Source of the DNA: Bacteroidales bacterium | GTDB lineage: Bacteria; Bacteroidota; Bacteroidia; Bacteroidales; Bacteroidaceae | Length of the DNA stretch: 64,000 nucleotides | Assembly: GCA_012517855.1 (NCBI GenBank) | Contig: JAAYUD010000114.1 | Span: 13,217 to 77,216 of the forward strand | Reading direction: 5' to 3' | Shown here: piece by piece, positions 9,506 to 18,716 of the stretch | Position numbering within the stretch: position 1 is the first letter of the stretch | Layout of the letters: each line of letters begins with the position of its first letter | Made by a program: the position numbers and the translations under genes | Notes under the pieces: generated by a model | What the model saw: only the letters and a program-made list of their open reading frames with translations | What the model was told of the DNA's origin: nothing | Databases searched by the model: none

Positions 9506-10516
9506 ATGAAGAAAGTCGATTTTAATATAAAGAAACTGATAAAAAAGGTTCTAAAAATAATCTTGCCACTTGTTTTAGGCGGTTTTATATTATGCTGGAT
9601 TTATCGGGATTTTGATTTCAAGAAAGCAGAACAAGTTTTTTTGCATGGAATCAATTGGTGGTGGATGATAGCATCCCTGTTCTTCGGGACGATGAGTCAT
9701 GTCATCCGTGGTTGGCGTTGGCGTCAGACACTCGAGCCACTAAACGAATATCCGCGATTGTCGACTTGCGCCTATGCCATCTTTATTTCTTATGCGACTA
9801 ACCTCATATTGCCACGCGTAGGCGAAATATCACGTTGTGGGGTACTGACCAAATATGAGAATGTGTCTTTTTCGAAATCACTAGGAACCGTTGTAACTGA
9901 GAGAATGATCGATTCACTTGTATCAATAACTATCGCAGGTATTACTTTCTTGCTACAAGCCAACATTTTTTTAAAATTCTTCCAAAACACTGGGACTAAG
10001 TTTCCTTCATTGGCACATATATTCACATCAGTAGATTTTTATATTATTCTGTTCAGCATAATAGGTATCTTTATTTTAATGTACTATCTAGTTCGTACCC
10101 TCTCCTTTTTTGAACGAGTTAAAGGAATAGTAATTAACATTTGGGCAGGAATCATTTCGTTGAAAAAAGTACGGAACCTTCCACTATTCATATTATACAC
10201 CGTATTGATATGGGGATGTTATTTTCTTCATTTTTATCTTACTTTCTACTGCTTCTCGTTTACTTCAAATCTAAGTATGGCAGCAGCTATGGTCTTATTT
10301 GTAGGAGGGACATTCGCTGTAATCGTTCCAACGCCCAATGGAGCAGGGCCATGGCATTTTGCCATCATCTCAATGATGGTATTGTATGGTGTAAACAAAA
10401 CTGATGCCGGAATATTTGCATTAATCGTCCATAGCATTCAAACTTTATTAGTAATTGCTTGTGGCGTATATGGCATGATAGCATTAGGTATCAGGAAGAA
10501 GGCTCTGAATAAATGA
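9506..10516 (+). CDS. Flippase-like / lysylphosphatidylglycerol-synthase TM-region family membrane protein
   Basis: Polytopic membrane protein of about 335 aa with RGWRWR after TM2. Start moved from TTG 9479 to ATG 9506 because the -7 box overlaps 9479. Confidence 0.55.
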   Translation: MKKVDFNIKKLIKKVLKIILPLVLGGFILCWIYRDFDFKKAEQVFLHGINWWWMIASLFFGTMSHVIRGWRWRQTLEPLNEYPRLSTCAYAIFISYATNLILPRVGEISRCGVLTKYENVSFSKSLGTVVTERMIDSLVSITIAGITFLLQANIFLKFFQNTGTKFPSLAHIFTSVDFYIILFSIIGIFILMYYLVRTLSFFERVKGIVINIWAGIISLKKVRNLPLFILYTVLIWGCYFLHFYLTFYCFSFTSNLSMAAAMVLFVGGTFAVIVPTPNGAGPWHFAIISMMVLYGVNKTDAGIFALIVHSIQTLLVIACGVYGMIALGIRKKALNK

Positions 10517-10600
10517 ATTGAGTGCCACATAGACGGGAAGGAGGAAAGACACCTTCCTTAAATAAAAATAGAGTAATCGTAAATTTCCAGTTTTTATACT

Positions 10601-10608
10601 TATCTTTG
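10601..10608 (+). promoter_or_regulatory. Candidate -7 promoter box
   Basis: TATCTTTG matches TAnnTTTG, 66 nt upstream of the GTG start at 10675. Confidence 0.4.
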
Positions 10609-10674
10609 TGAACCTGCAAGAAAAGCAAGCTCTTTTTTTCTTGCATCGAACAAAAAGAAAACAAATTTGAAAGC

Positions 10675-12624
10675 GTGATTTCAGTAGAAAATTTAAAAGT
10701 AGAATTTAATGCAACAGCATTATTTGCCAATGTAAATTTCGTAATAAATAAAAAAGAGTGTATCGCATTGGTAGGGAAAAACGGTGCAGGCAAAAGTACA
10801 ATGCTCAAAATATTAGCAGGACTACAGCATCCTACCGCCGGAAATGTTTCTCTACCAAAAGACACAACCATTGGATACCTTCCACAAGTAATGCTCTTTA
10901 ATGACAATCGAACGGTAAAAGAAGAAGTAAGACAGGCTTTTGACCATATTACAGATATTCAAACCACACTGGCAGCCATAAGAAAAGAGATGGATGAGCG
11001 CACGGACTATGAAAGTGAATCATATAACGAGCTCCTCGAACACTTTACTCACCTCAACGAACGATATCTGATGATGGGTGGAATGAATTATGAGGCAGAA
11101 ATAGACCGCACACTCATAGGATTGGGATTTGAGAAGAAAGACTTGGAACGTCCGACATCAGAATTTTCGGGAGGCTGGCGAATGCGTATTGAACTGGCTA
11201 AACTTTTGTTAAGGAAACCAGATGTATTATTGCTCGACGAGCCCACCAACCATCTGGACATAGACAGTATACAATGGCTTGAAACTTTTCTTCAGACCAA
11301 TCAACACGCAGTCGTTTTAGTAAGTCATGACCGGGCTTTCCTAAACAACGTGACAAACAGAACGATCGAGATAACTTGTGGAAAGATATATGACTATAAA
11401 GTAAAATATGACGAGTTTGTCGAACTAAGAAAAGAACGTAGGGAACAACAGTTGAGAGCCTACGAAAATCAACAAAAAATGATCGAAGAGACGGAGGATT
11501 TCATACGTCGCTTCCGCTATAAACCGACAAAAGCTGTCCAAGTACAAAGTAGAATTAAACAACTCGAAAAGATCGAACTTATTCAAGTAGATGAAGTTGA
11601 TAATTCAGCCTTAAGACTTAAGTTTCCTCCTTCTATCCGAAGCGGCAGTTATCCATTGATATGTGAAGACGTCAGAAAAGCATTCGGCGAACACGAGATA
11701 TTCAATAACGTTACATTTACTCTAAACAGAGGTGAAAAAGTTGCTTTCGTAGGACGGAACGGCGAAGGGAAATCCACCTTGGTAAAATGTATCATGGACG
11801 AAATTTCTTTTGAAGGTAAACTAACCATTGGGCATAATGTACAAATAGGATACTTTGCGCAAAACCAAGCACAAATGCTTGACGGAGAGGTCACAGTGTT
11901 TGAGACCATAGACCAAGTTGCTACAGGTGACATTCGGCTGAAGATTAGAGATATACTTGGAGCTTTTATGTTTGGAGGCGAAGCATCTGACAAAAAAGTA
12001 AAAGTTTTATCGGGTGGTGAAAGAACGCGACTGGCAATGATAAAACTTTTATTAGAGCCTGTCAATTTTCTCATACTTGATGAGCCCACCAATCACTTGG
12101 ATATGCCGTCAAAAGATATATTAAAAGACGCCATCCGAGATTTTGACGGAACCGCAATTATTGTCAGCCACGACCGTGACTTCCTTGACGGACTAGTGAC
12201 TAAAGTATACGAATTTGGTGACGGCAAAGTAAGAGAGCATCTATGTGGCATCTATGAATATTTGCAGGAACGACACATTGAATCTCTTAACGAGTTACAA
12301 AAGAGTAGCGGAGAAAAGACGACCGCCACTACGAATAATGAAGAAAGTCATATATCGGAAAGCAAATTATCTTACGAAGCACAAAAGGAATTCAACCGCA
12401 ACAAGAAAAAATTAGAGAAACAAATAAAAGATTGCGAAAAAGAAATCAGCCAATTGGATGCTGCCATCAAAATTCTTGAAGAGAAAATGGCAACCGCAGA
12501 AGGTGCAACAGATATAACCCTATACGAAAAGCATGGAAATCTTAAAAAACAATTAGAAGAGTCGATGGAAGAATGGGAAGAAGTCTCTAACAAATTCGAT
12601 GAATTAGAAAACAATAATAAATAA
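10675..12624 (+). CDS. ABC-F family ATPase (two ABC domains, no TM domain)
   Basis: Two Walker A motifs (GKNGAGKST, GRNGEGKST), two signature motifs (FSGGWRMR, LSGGERTR), interdomain linker and C-terminal coiled-coil tail. Confidence 0.9.
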   Translation: MISVENLKVEFNATALFANVNFVINKKECIALVGKNGAGKSTMLKILAGLQHPTAGNVSLPKDTTIGYLPQVMLFNDNRTVKEEVRQAFDHITDIQTTLAAIRKEMDERTDYESESYNELLEHFTHLNERYLMMGGMNYEAEIDRTLIGLGFEKKDLERPTSEFSGGWRMRIELAKLLLRKPDVLLLDEPTNHLDIDSIQWLETFLQTNQHAVVLVSHDRAFLNNVTNRTIEITCGKIYDYKVKYDEFVELRKERREQQLRAYENQQKMIEETEDFIRRFRYKPTKAVQVQSRIKQLEKIELIQVDEVDNSALRLKFPPSIRSGSYPLICEDVRKAFGEHEIFNNVTFTLNRGEKVAFVGRNGEGKSTLVKCIMDEISFEGKLTIGHNVQIGYFAQNQAQMLDGEVTVFETIDQVATGDIRLKIRDILGAFMFGGEASDKKVKVLSGGERTRLAMIKLLLEPVNFLILDEPTNHLDMPSKDILKDAIRDFDGTAIIVSHDRDFLDGLVTKVYEFGDGKVREHLCGIYEYLQERHIESLNELQKSSGEKTTATTNNEESHISESKLSYEAQKEFNRNKKKLEKQIKDCEKEISQLDAAIKILEEKMATAEGATDITLYEKHGNLKKQLEESMEEWEEVSNKFDELENNNK

Positions 12625-12643
12625 TATTACCAACAAATAAATA

Positions 12644-14686
12644 ATGCCTATGAAATTACTTAATTTATTACCCTTAGGGGTTGTATGTATGATGTCAATG
12701 GGAGTTAGTAAGACTAGTGCGCAGACACTAAAGAGCGGTATCAATCTATCAAACTTGGACAAGACTGCTAATCCGGGAACCGATTTTTACCAATTTGCTT
12801 GCGGTGGCTGGATGAAACAACATCCACTCACGGCAGAATATGCCCGCTTCGGATCTTTTGATATGGTTGCCGAAAACAACAAAAACCAATTGAAAGGTTT
12901 GATTCTAAAGTTGGCCGAGAATAAAAACAATGCTCCGGGGAGCTTAGCTCAAAAAGTCGGTGATGTTTATAACATGGCAATGGACAGCATCACACTGAAC
13001 AAACAAGGTGCCGCACCATTAAAAGCGGATTTAGCTAAAATATCAGCCATCCGTACCCGTGCCCAACTTTATACAGTACTGGGAGATCTTCGCCACTTTG
13101 GTTGTGATCCATTTTTCGGTCTATACATCGGAGCTGACGACAAGAATAGCAAAGCTAATCTGCTGCAATTTGGACAAGGTGGACTTTCTTTAGGAGAACG
13201 CGACTATTACTTGGAACAAAGTGCCAAGATGAAAGATATTCGTGCAAAATACGTAAAGTTCATTGCTAAGATGTTCCGTTTGGCTGGATATGATGCAACA
13301 ACGGCTCAAAACGCTTCAAAATATGTAATGGATATTGAAACCAGACTTGCCAAAATAGCCCGTACTCAAGAAGCATTGCGCGATCCTTATAAAAATTATA
13401 ATAAAATGACTGTTGACCAAGTAAAAGCTAAATGGTCAACCTTCGGATGGAACAATTTCTTAGATCACGCCGGACTTTCAGCTGCGAAAGAGATCAATGT
13501 AGGACAACCGGAATCTATAGGCGAAGTAGCAAAAATAACAGCGACACTCCCACTAAAAGAGATCGTCGCCTATTTGCAATGGAATATTATCAATGGCGGT
13601 GCTTCCGAATTGAGCGATGCTTTCATTCAAGCCCAGTTTGACTTCTATGGTCGTACCATGTCAGGACGTCAACAAAACAGACCACGGTGGAAACGTGCCG
13701 TATCGGCTGTCGACGGGGCCCTTGGTGAAGCAGTAGGGAAAATGTATGTTGAAGAATATTTTCCTGCATCATCAAAAGAGCGTATGATTCAACTGGTCAA
13801 GAATTTACAGAAATCATTATCGGAACGTATCCAAGGACTAGCCTGGATGAGCGATGCCACTAAAGAAAAAGCACAAGAGAAACTTGCCGCTTTCCGCATT
13901 AAAATAGGTTATCCGGACAAATGGAAAGATTACTCTAAACTCGACATTAAAAACGATTCCTATTATGCTAACATGAAACGGGCTTCAGAATGGGAATACG
14001 ATCGTATGCTCGAAAAATTAGGCAAACCTGTCGATCCGGACGAATGGTTGATGACCCCGCAGACTGTTAATGCTTATTACAACCCGACGACCAATGAAAT
14101 TTGTTTCCCCGCGGGTATTCTGCAATATCCGTTCTTTGATATGAAAGCCGATGATGCATTTAATTATGGTGCTATCGGTGTAGTAATAGGTCACGAAATG
14201 ACTCACGGATTCGACGATCAAGGACGTCAATACGATAAAGAAGGAAATCTGAAAGATTGGTGGACAGCCGAAGACGGCAAAAACTTCGAGACTCGTGCTA
14301 AAGTAATGTCCGATTTCTTTAGCAATATTACTGTCGCTCCGGGATTAAAAGCAAATGGACAATTGACGCTCGGCGAAAACATTGCCGACCACGGTGGATT
14401 GCAAGTTTCTTATAACGCATTCAAAAATGCCATGAAAGAGACTCCACTTACTACCATAGACGGTTTTACTCCTGAACAACGATTCTTCCTTGCCTATGCC
14501 AATGTTTGGGCTGGCAACATCCGCCCTGAGCAGATATTAAACCAGACGAAGAGCGATCCTCACGCGCTAGGCAAATGGCGGGTCGACGGTGCCCTTCCTC
14601 AAATCGGTGCTTGGTACGAAGCATTCGGAATACAGCCTTCAGATTCAATGTATTTACCGGTAGAAAAAAGAGTTTCTATCTGGTAG
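12644..14686 (+). CDS. M13 family metallopeptidase (neprilysin/PepO-like), secreted
   Basis: Signal peptide, zinc motif VIGHEMTHGFD and downstream GENIADHGG. Confidence 0.9.
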   Translation: MPMKLLNLLPLGVVCMMSMGVSKTSAQTLKSGINLSNLDKTANPGTDFYQFACGGWMKQHPLTAEYARFGSFDMVAENNKNQLKGLILKLAENKNNAPGSLAQKVGDVYNMAMDSITLNKQGAAPLKADLAKISAIRTRAQLYTVLGDLRHFGCDPFFGLYIGADDKNSKANLLQFGQGGLSLGERDYYLEQSAKMKDIRAKYVKFIAKMFRLAGYDATTAQNASKYVMDIETRLAKIARTQEALRDPYKNYNKMTVDQVKAKWSTFGWNNFLDHAGLSAAKEINVGQPESIGEVAKITATLPLKEIVAYLQWNIINGGASELSDAFIQAQFDFYGRTMSGRQQNRPRWKRAVSAVDGALGEAVGKMYVEEYFPASSKERMIQLVKNLQKSLSERIQGLAWMSDATKEKAQEKLAAFRIKIGYPDKWKDYSKLDIKNDSYYANMKRASEWEYDRMLEKLGKPVDPDEWLMTPQTVNAYYNPTTNEICFPAGILQYPFFDMKADDAFNYGAIGVVIGHEMTHGFDDQGRQYDKEGNLKDWWTAEDGKNFETRAKVMSDFFSNITVAPGLKANGQLTLGENIADHGGLQVSYNAFKNAMKETPLTTIDGFTPEQRFFLAYANVWAGNIRPEQILNQTKSDPHALGKWRVDGALPQIGAWYEAFGIQPSDSMYLPVEKRVSIW

Positions 14687-14703
14687 TTCTATACTTATTA
14701 TAA

Positions 14704-14760
14704 ATTCGCCCGCAAAAATGATTAACGAATAAACATTTATTCGTAACTTTGCGGGCGAAT
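14704..14760 (+). terminator. Bipartite hairpin between the M13 peptidase gene and purH
   Basis: 13-bp perfect outer stem ATTCGCCCGCAAA / TTTGCGGGCGAAT plus inner stem ACGAATAAA / TTTATTCGT. No T-run. Confidence 0.5.
14744..14751 (+). promoter_or_regulatory. Candidate -7 promoter box for purH
   Basis: TAACTTTG matches TAnnTTTG, 31 nt upstream of ATG 14783. It is embedded in the 3-prime arm of the hairpin. Confidence 0.45.
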
Positions 14761-14782
14761 ATATATAAATAATAATATCGAA

Positions 14783-16306
14783 ATGTCAGAGCCCAAAAAA
14801 ATTAAAACCGCACTTATTTCCGTTTTTCATAAAGACGGATTGGACGAAATCATCGAAAAACTTCACGCAGACGGCGTTGAGTTTTTGTCAACAGGAGGTA
14901 CACGTCAGTTCATTGAATCAAAAGGGTTTGCATGCAAAGCTGTAGAAGACCTCACCACTTATCCTTCTATATTAGGCGGACGAGTAAAAACTTTGCATCC
15001 AAAAGTTTTTGGAGGCATTCTTTGCCGTCGTGATGTAACTGAAGACCAAAAACAAATTGCTCAATACGAAATACCCGAAATAGATTTGGTCATCGTCGAT
15101 TTATATCCTTTCGAAGAAACTGTTACTTCGGGCGCTTCTGAACAAGATATTATAGAAAAAATAGATATCGGTGGTATTTCACTGATCCGTGCAGCTGCCA
15201 AAAATTACAAAGACGTAGTTATAGTAGCTTCAAAAGATCAATATAAACCATTGTTGGATATGTTAAACGAACATGATGCTACATCCACAATGGAAGAACG
15301 CCGTTGGTTCGCCAAAGAAGCCTTCGGTGTATCATCCTATTACGATACTCACATCTTCAACTATTTTGATGGAGAAGAACATACAGCATTCCGTAGCGCT
15401 TTTAACGATCAAAAGATGTTACGCTATGGAGAGAACCCTCATCAGAAAGGTTATTTCTTCGGAGATCTAGACGCTATCTTCGATCAAATTCACGGAAAAG
15501 AAATTTCGTATAACAATCTGACGGATATCAATGCAGCTATCGAACTTATAGACGAGTTTGAAGAGACCACTTTCGCTGTTCTAAAACACAACAACGCTTG
15601 TGGCATCGCTTCTCGCCCAACAGTACTCGACGCATGGAAAGATGCTTTAGCCGGTGACCCCGTTTCGGCCTACGGTGGCGTACTAATTACTAATGCCCCT
15701 ATCGACAAAGAGGCTGCAGAGGAAATAGGCAAAATATTCTTTGAAGTAATTATCGCTCCCGATTATGATGTCGATGCACTTGACATCTTGACCCAAAAGA
15801 AGAACCGTATTATTTTGGTTCGCAAAGATGCCAAATTTCCAAAGCTACAATTCCATTCTTTACTAAATGGCGTTCAATTCCAGGAGAGGGATTTAGACAT
15901 TGAAACAAAATCGGATTTAAAAGTTGTTACAGAAAAGGCTCCGACAGATACAGAAATAGAAGACATGCTCTTCGCAAATAAAATTGTAAAAAACAGTAAA
16001 TCAAATACGATTGTTCTCGCCAAAGGTCGACAACTTTTAGCTAGCGGTGTAGGACAGACCTCACGTGTTGATGCCCTAAAACAAGCCATTGAAAAAGCCA
16101 AGAATTTCGGATTTGATCTTCATGGCGCAGTAATGGCATCAGATGCATTTTTCCCTTTCCCCGATTGTGTAGAAATTGCAGATAACGAAGGGATAACAGC
16201 TGTTATCCAACCCGGCGGATCGGTGAGAGATCAACTTTCTTTTGACTACTGCAATGACCACGGATTGGCTATGGTTACAACAGGTATCAGACATTTTAAA
16301 CATTAA
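14783..16306 (+). CDS. purH: Bifunctional AICAR transformylase / IMP cyclohydrolase
   Basis: 507 aa. N-terminal MGS-like domain (ALISVFHKDGL) and AICARFT domain, full-length match by eye. Confidence 0.95.
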   Translation: MSEPKKIKTALISVFHKDGLDEIIEKLHADGVEFLSTGGTRQFIESKGFACKAVEDLTTYPSILGGRVKTLHPKVFGGILCRRDVTEDQKQIAQYEIPEIDLVIVDLYPFEETVTSGASEQDIIEKIDIGGISLIRAAAKNYKDVVIVASKDQYKPLLDMLNEHDATSTMEERRWFAKEAFGVSSYYDTHIFNYFDGEEHTAFRSAFNDQKMLRYGENPHQKGYFFGDLDAIFDQIHGKEISYNNLTDINAAIELIDEFEETTFAVLKHNNACGIASRPTVLDAWKDALAGDPVSAYGGVLITNAPIDKEAAEEIGKIFFEVIIAPDYDVDALDILTQKKNRIILVRKDAKFPKLQFHSLLNGVQFQERDLDIETKSDLKVVTEKAPTDTEIEDMLFANKIVKNSKSNTIVLAKGRQLLASGVGQTSRVDALKQAIEKAKNFGFDLHGAVMASDAFFPFPDCVEIADNEGITAVIQPGGSVRDQLSFDYCNDHGLAMVTTGIRHFKH

Positions 16307-16334
16307 TTGACTTAGATACTAATTTAGAAAAGAT

Positions 16335-17357
16335 ATGGGATTATTTTCTTTCACACAAGAAATAGCGATGGACTTGGGAACAGCCAACACTGTCATCATC
16401 AGTGGCGGTAAGATTGTTGTCGATGAACCATCAGTTGTTGCCTTGGACCGCCGCACAGACAAAATGATTGCTGTAGGTGACAAAGCCAAAATGATGCACG
16501 AAAAGACGAATGAAAACATTCGCACTATTCGTCCACTTCGTGACGGCGTAATTGCAGACTTTTTTGCCTGCGAGCAAATGATGCGCGGACTCATTAAACA
16601 AGTCAACACGCGCCATCATCTATTTTCTCCGTCACTCAGAATGGTTATCGGCGTTCCGTCGGGTAGCACGGAAGTTGAACTACGTGCTGTTCGTGACTCA
16701 GCGGAGCATGCCGGCGGACGTGACGTCTACTTAATTTTCGAGCCAATGGCTGCGGCAATCGGTATAGGCATCGATGTCGAAGCTCCTGAAGGAAATATGA
16801 TCGTTGATATAGGCGGTGGTTCTACTGAAATAGCAATTATCTCATTAGGTGGCATTGTGACAAACAATTCTATCCGCATAGCTGGAGATGATTTGACAGC
16901 AGACATTCAAGAATACATGAGCCGTCAACACAATGTAAAAGTCAGTGAACGTATGGCAGAACGTATTAAGATCAATGTAGGTGCTGCTCTTACCGAGCTA
17001 GGAGACGACGCCCCCGAAGATTACATCGTACACGGGCCAAACCGTATCACCGCACTACCGATGGAGGTTCCGGTATGCTATCAAGAAGTGGCCCATTGCT
17101 TGGAGAAATCTGTTGCAAAAATAGAAACGGCCGTTCTCAATGCCTTAGAGAACACCCCACCAGAACTATATGCCGATATTGTCAGTAATGGCATTTATTT
17201 GGCAGGCGGAGGAGCTTTGCTTCGTGGACTTGACAAACGTTTGACCGATAAAATAAACATTCCTTTCCATATTGCTGAGGATCCTTTGCACGCTGTTGCC
17301 AAGGGTACAGGCGTAGCATTAAAGAACGTAGATCGCTTTTCTTTCTTGATGCGTTAA
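16335..17357 (+). CDS. mreB: Rod shape-determining protein MreB
   Basis: Actin-like ATPase motifs DLGTANT and DIGGGSTE; followed by mreC and mreD. Confidence 0.95.
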   Translation: MGLFSFTQEIAMDLGTANTVIISGGKIVVDEPSVVALDRRTDKMIAVGDKAKMMHEKTNENIRTIRPLRDGVIADFFACEQMMRGLIKQVNTRHHLFSPSLRMVIGVPSGSTEVELRAVRDSAEHAGGRDVYLIFEPMAAAIGIGIDVEAPEGNMIVDIGGGSTEIAIISLGGIVTNNSIRIAGDDLTADIQEYMSRQHNVKVSERMAERIKINVGAALTELGDDAPEDYIVHGPNRITALPMEVPVCYQEVAHCLEKSVAKIETAVLNALENTPPELYADIVSNGIYLAGGGALLRGLDKRLTDKINIPFHIAEDPLHAVAKGTGVALKNVDRFSFLMR

Positions 17358-17376
17358 AGATGATGAAGTGTGAAAT

Positions 17377-18228
17377 ATGCGAAACTTACTGAATTTTCTT
17401 ATCAAATATAACTATTGGCTTCTTTTCCTAGCATTAGAAGCCTTAAGTTTTATTTTGCTATTTCACTATAATCAATATCAGGAAAGTTATTTCTTCAATT
17501 CTGCCAATGCCGTTACTGGTAAGATTTATGAGGTATCGGGAGGGATAGCGTCTTATTTCCATTTGAAATCTGTAAATAAAGATTTGCTAGACCGAAATAT
17601 GGAATTGGAAACTAAAATTCAGAATCTGGAAAAGACGCTTAAAGCGCACCAAGTCGATTCGTTAGAACTATTGAGCATCGAACGCTTACCGCAAGGAAGC
17701 TATATGCTCTACAAAGCGAACGTCATTAATAACAGCCTAAACCTGACTGATAACTATATTACTATTGATAAAGGTTGGGCTGCAGGTATTCGCCCTGATA
17801 TGGGTGTAGTGGATGCCAACGGCGTTGTCGGCATTGTTTATGAAACGACCCGTAATTATGCTACCGTTATTTCATTACTCAACAGTCGTTCGAATATCAG
17901 TTGCAAAATCGTGGGAAGCAACTACTTCGGCACCTTACGTTGGGATCATTCAGATTCTCAACATGCCTATTTAGAAGATCTTCCACGCCATGCTCAGTTT
18001 AATTTGGGTGATACAGTAGTCACCAGTGGATATTCGTCTGTATTTCCGGCAGGTATCATGGTAGGAACAGTTGATGACATGGGAGATTCTAACAATGGAC
18101 TTTCCTATTTACTGAAAATTAAATTGGCTACCGACTTCGGTAGAATCAGTGACGTCAGAGTTATTGCCCGCAAGGGATATCAACAACAAAAAGCCTTAGA
18201 GCAAAAGAGTATTATCACAAATGAATGA
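17377..18228 (+). CDS. mreC: Rod shape-determining protein MreC
   Basis: N-terminal TM helix, coiled coil, beta-rich C-terminal domain; position after mreB. Confidence 0.8.
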   Translation: MRNLLNFLIKYNYWLLFLALEALSFILLFHYNQYQESYFFNSANAVTGKIYEVSGGIASYFHLKSVNKDLLDRNMELETKIQNLEKTLKAHQVDSLELLSIERLPQGSYMLYKANVINNSLNLTDNYITIDKGWAAGIRPDMGVVDANGVVGIVYETTRNYATVISLLNSRSNISCKIVGSNYFGTLRWDHSDSQHAYLEDLPRHAQFNLGDTVVTSGYSSVFPAGIMVGTVDDMGDSNNGLSYLLKIKLATDFGRISDVRVIARKGYQQQKALEQKSIITNE

Positions 18229-18715
18229 TTGGTTAAACAAAATAGGATGGGCAATAGGATTGGTGCTTCTACAAGTTCTTATATTGAATAATATTCACAT
18301 AGGAGAATTTGCTACACCTTTCTTATATATCTATTTTGTACTGAAGCTCAGCTCGGATACGCCACGTAACCAACAAATGCTTTGGGCATTCGGTATAGGT
18401 CTTACCATTGATATCTTTGATAATACCGTTGGTATAAATGCAGCAGCCTTCGTTCTAATGGCATTTGTGCGTCCCACGCTTTTACGTTTGTTTACCCCCC
18501 GCGATACTTACGACAGTTTTATACCAGGCAAGAAAGTGATGGGATCGGCATCATTCCTACGCTATCTTGTGGCTTGTGTCTTCATACATCATACGGCATT
18601 ACTAACAATCGAATCATTTTCGTTCATTTCGTTTGGAATGCTAGGATTGAGAATAGTACTAAGTACAGCATTGACAACTCTTTGTATTGTCGCAATAGAA
18701 TGGTTTAGAAAATAG
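18221..18715 (+). CDS. mreD: Rod shape-determining protein MreD
   Basis: 164-aa polytopic membrane protein overlapping the mreC stop; conserved position. Confidence 0.65.
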   Translation: MNDWLNKIGWAIGLVLLQVLILNNIHIGEFATPFLYIYFVLKLSSDTPRNQQMLWAFGIGLTIDIFDNTVGINAAAFVLMAFVRPTLLRLFTPRDTYDSFIPGKKVMGSASFLRYLVACVFIHHTALLTIESFSFISFGMLGLRIVLSTALTTLCIVAIEWFRK

Positions 18716-18716
18716 T

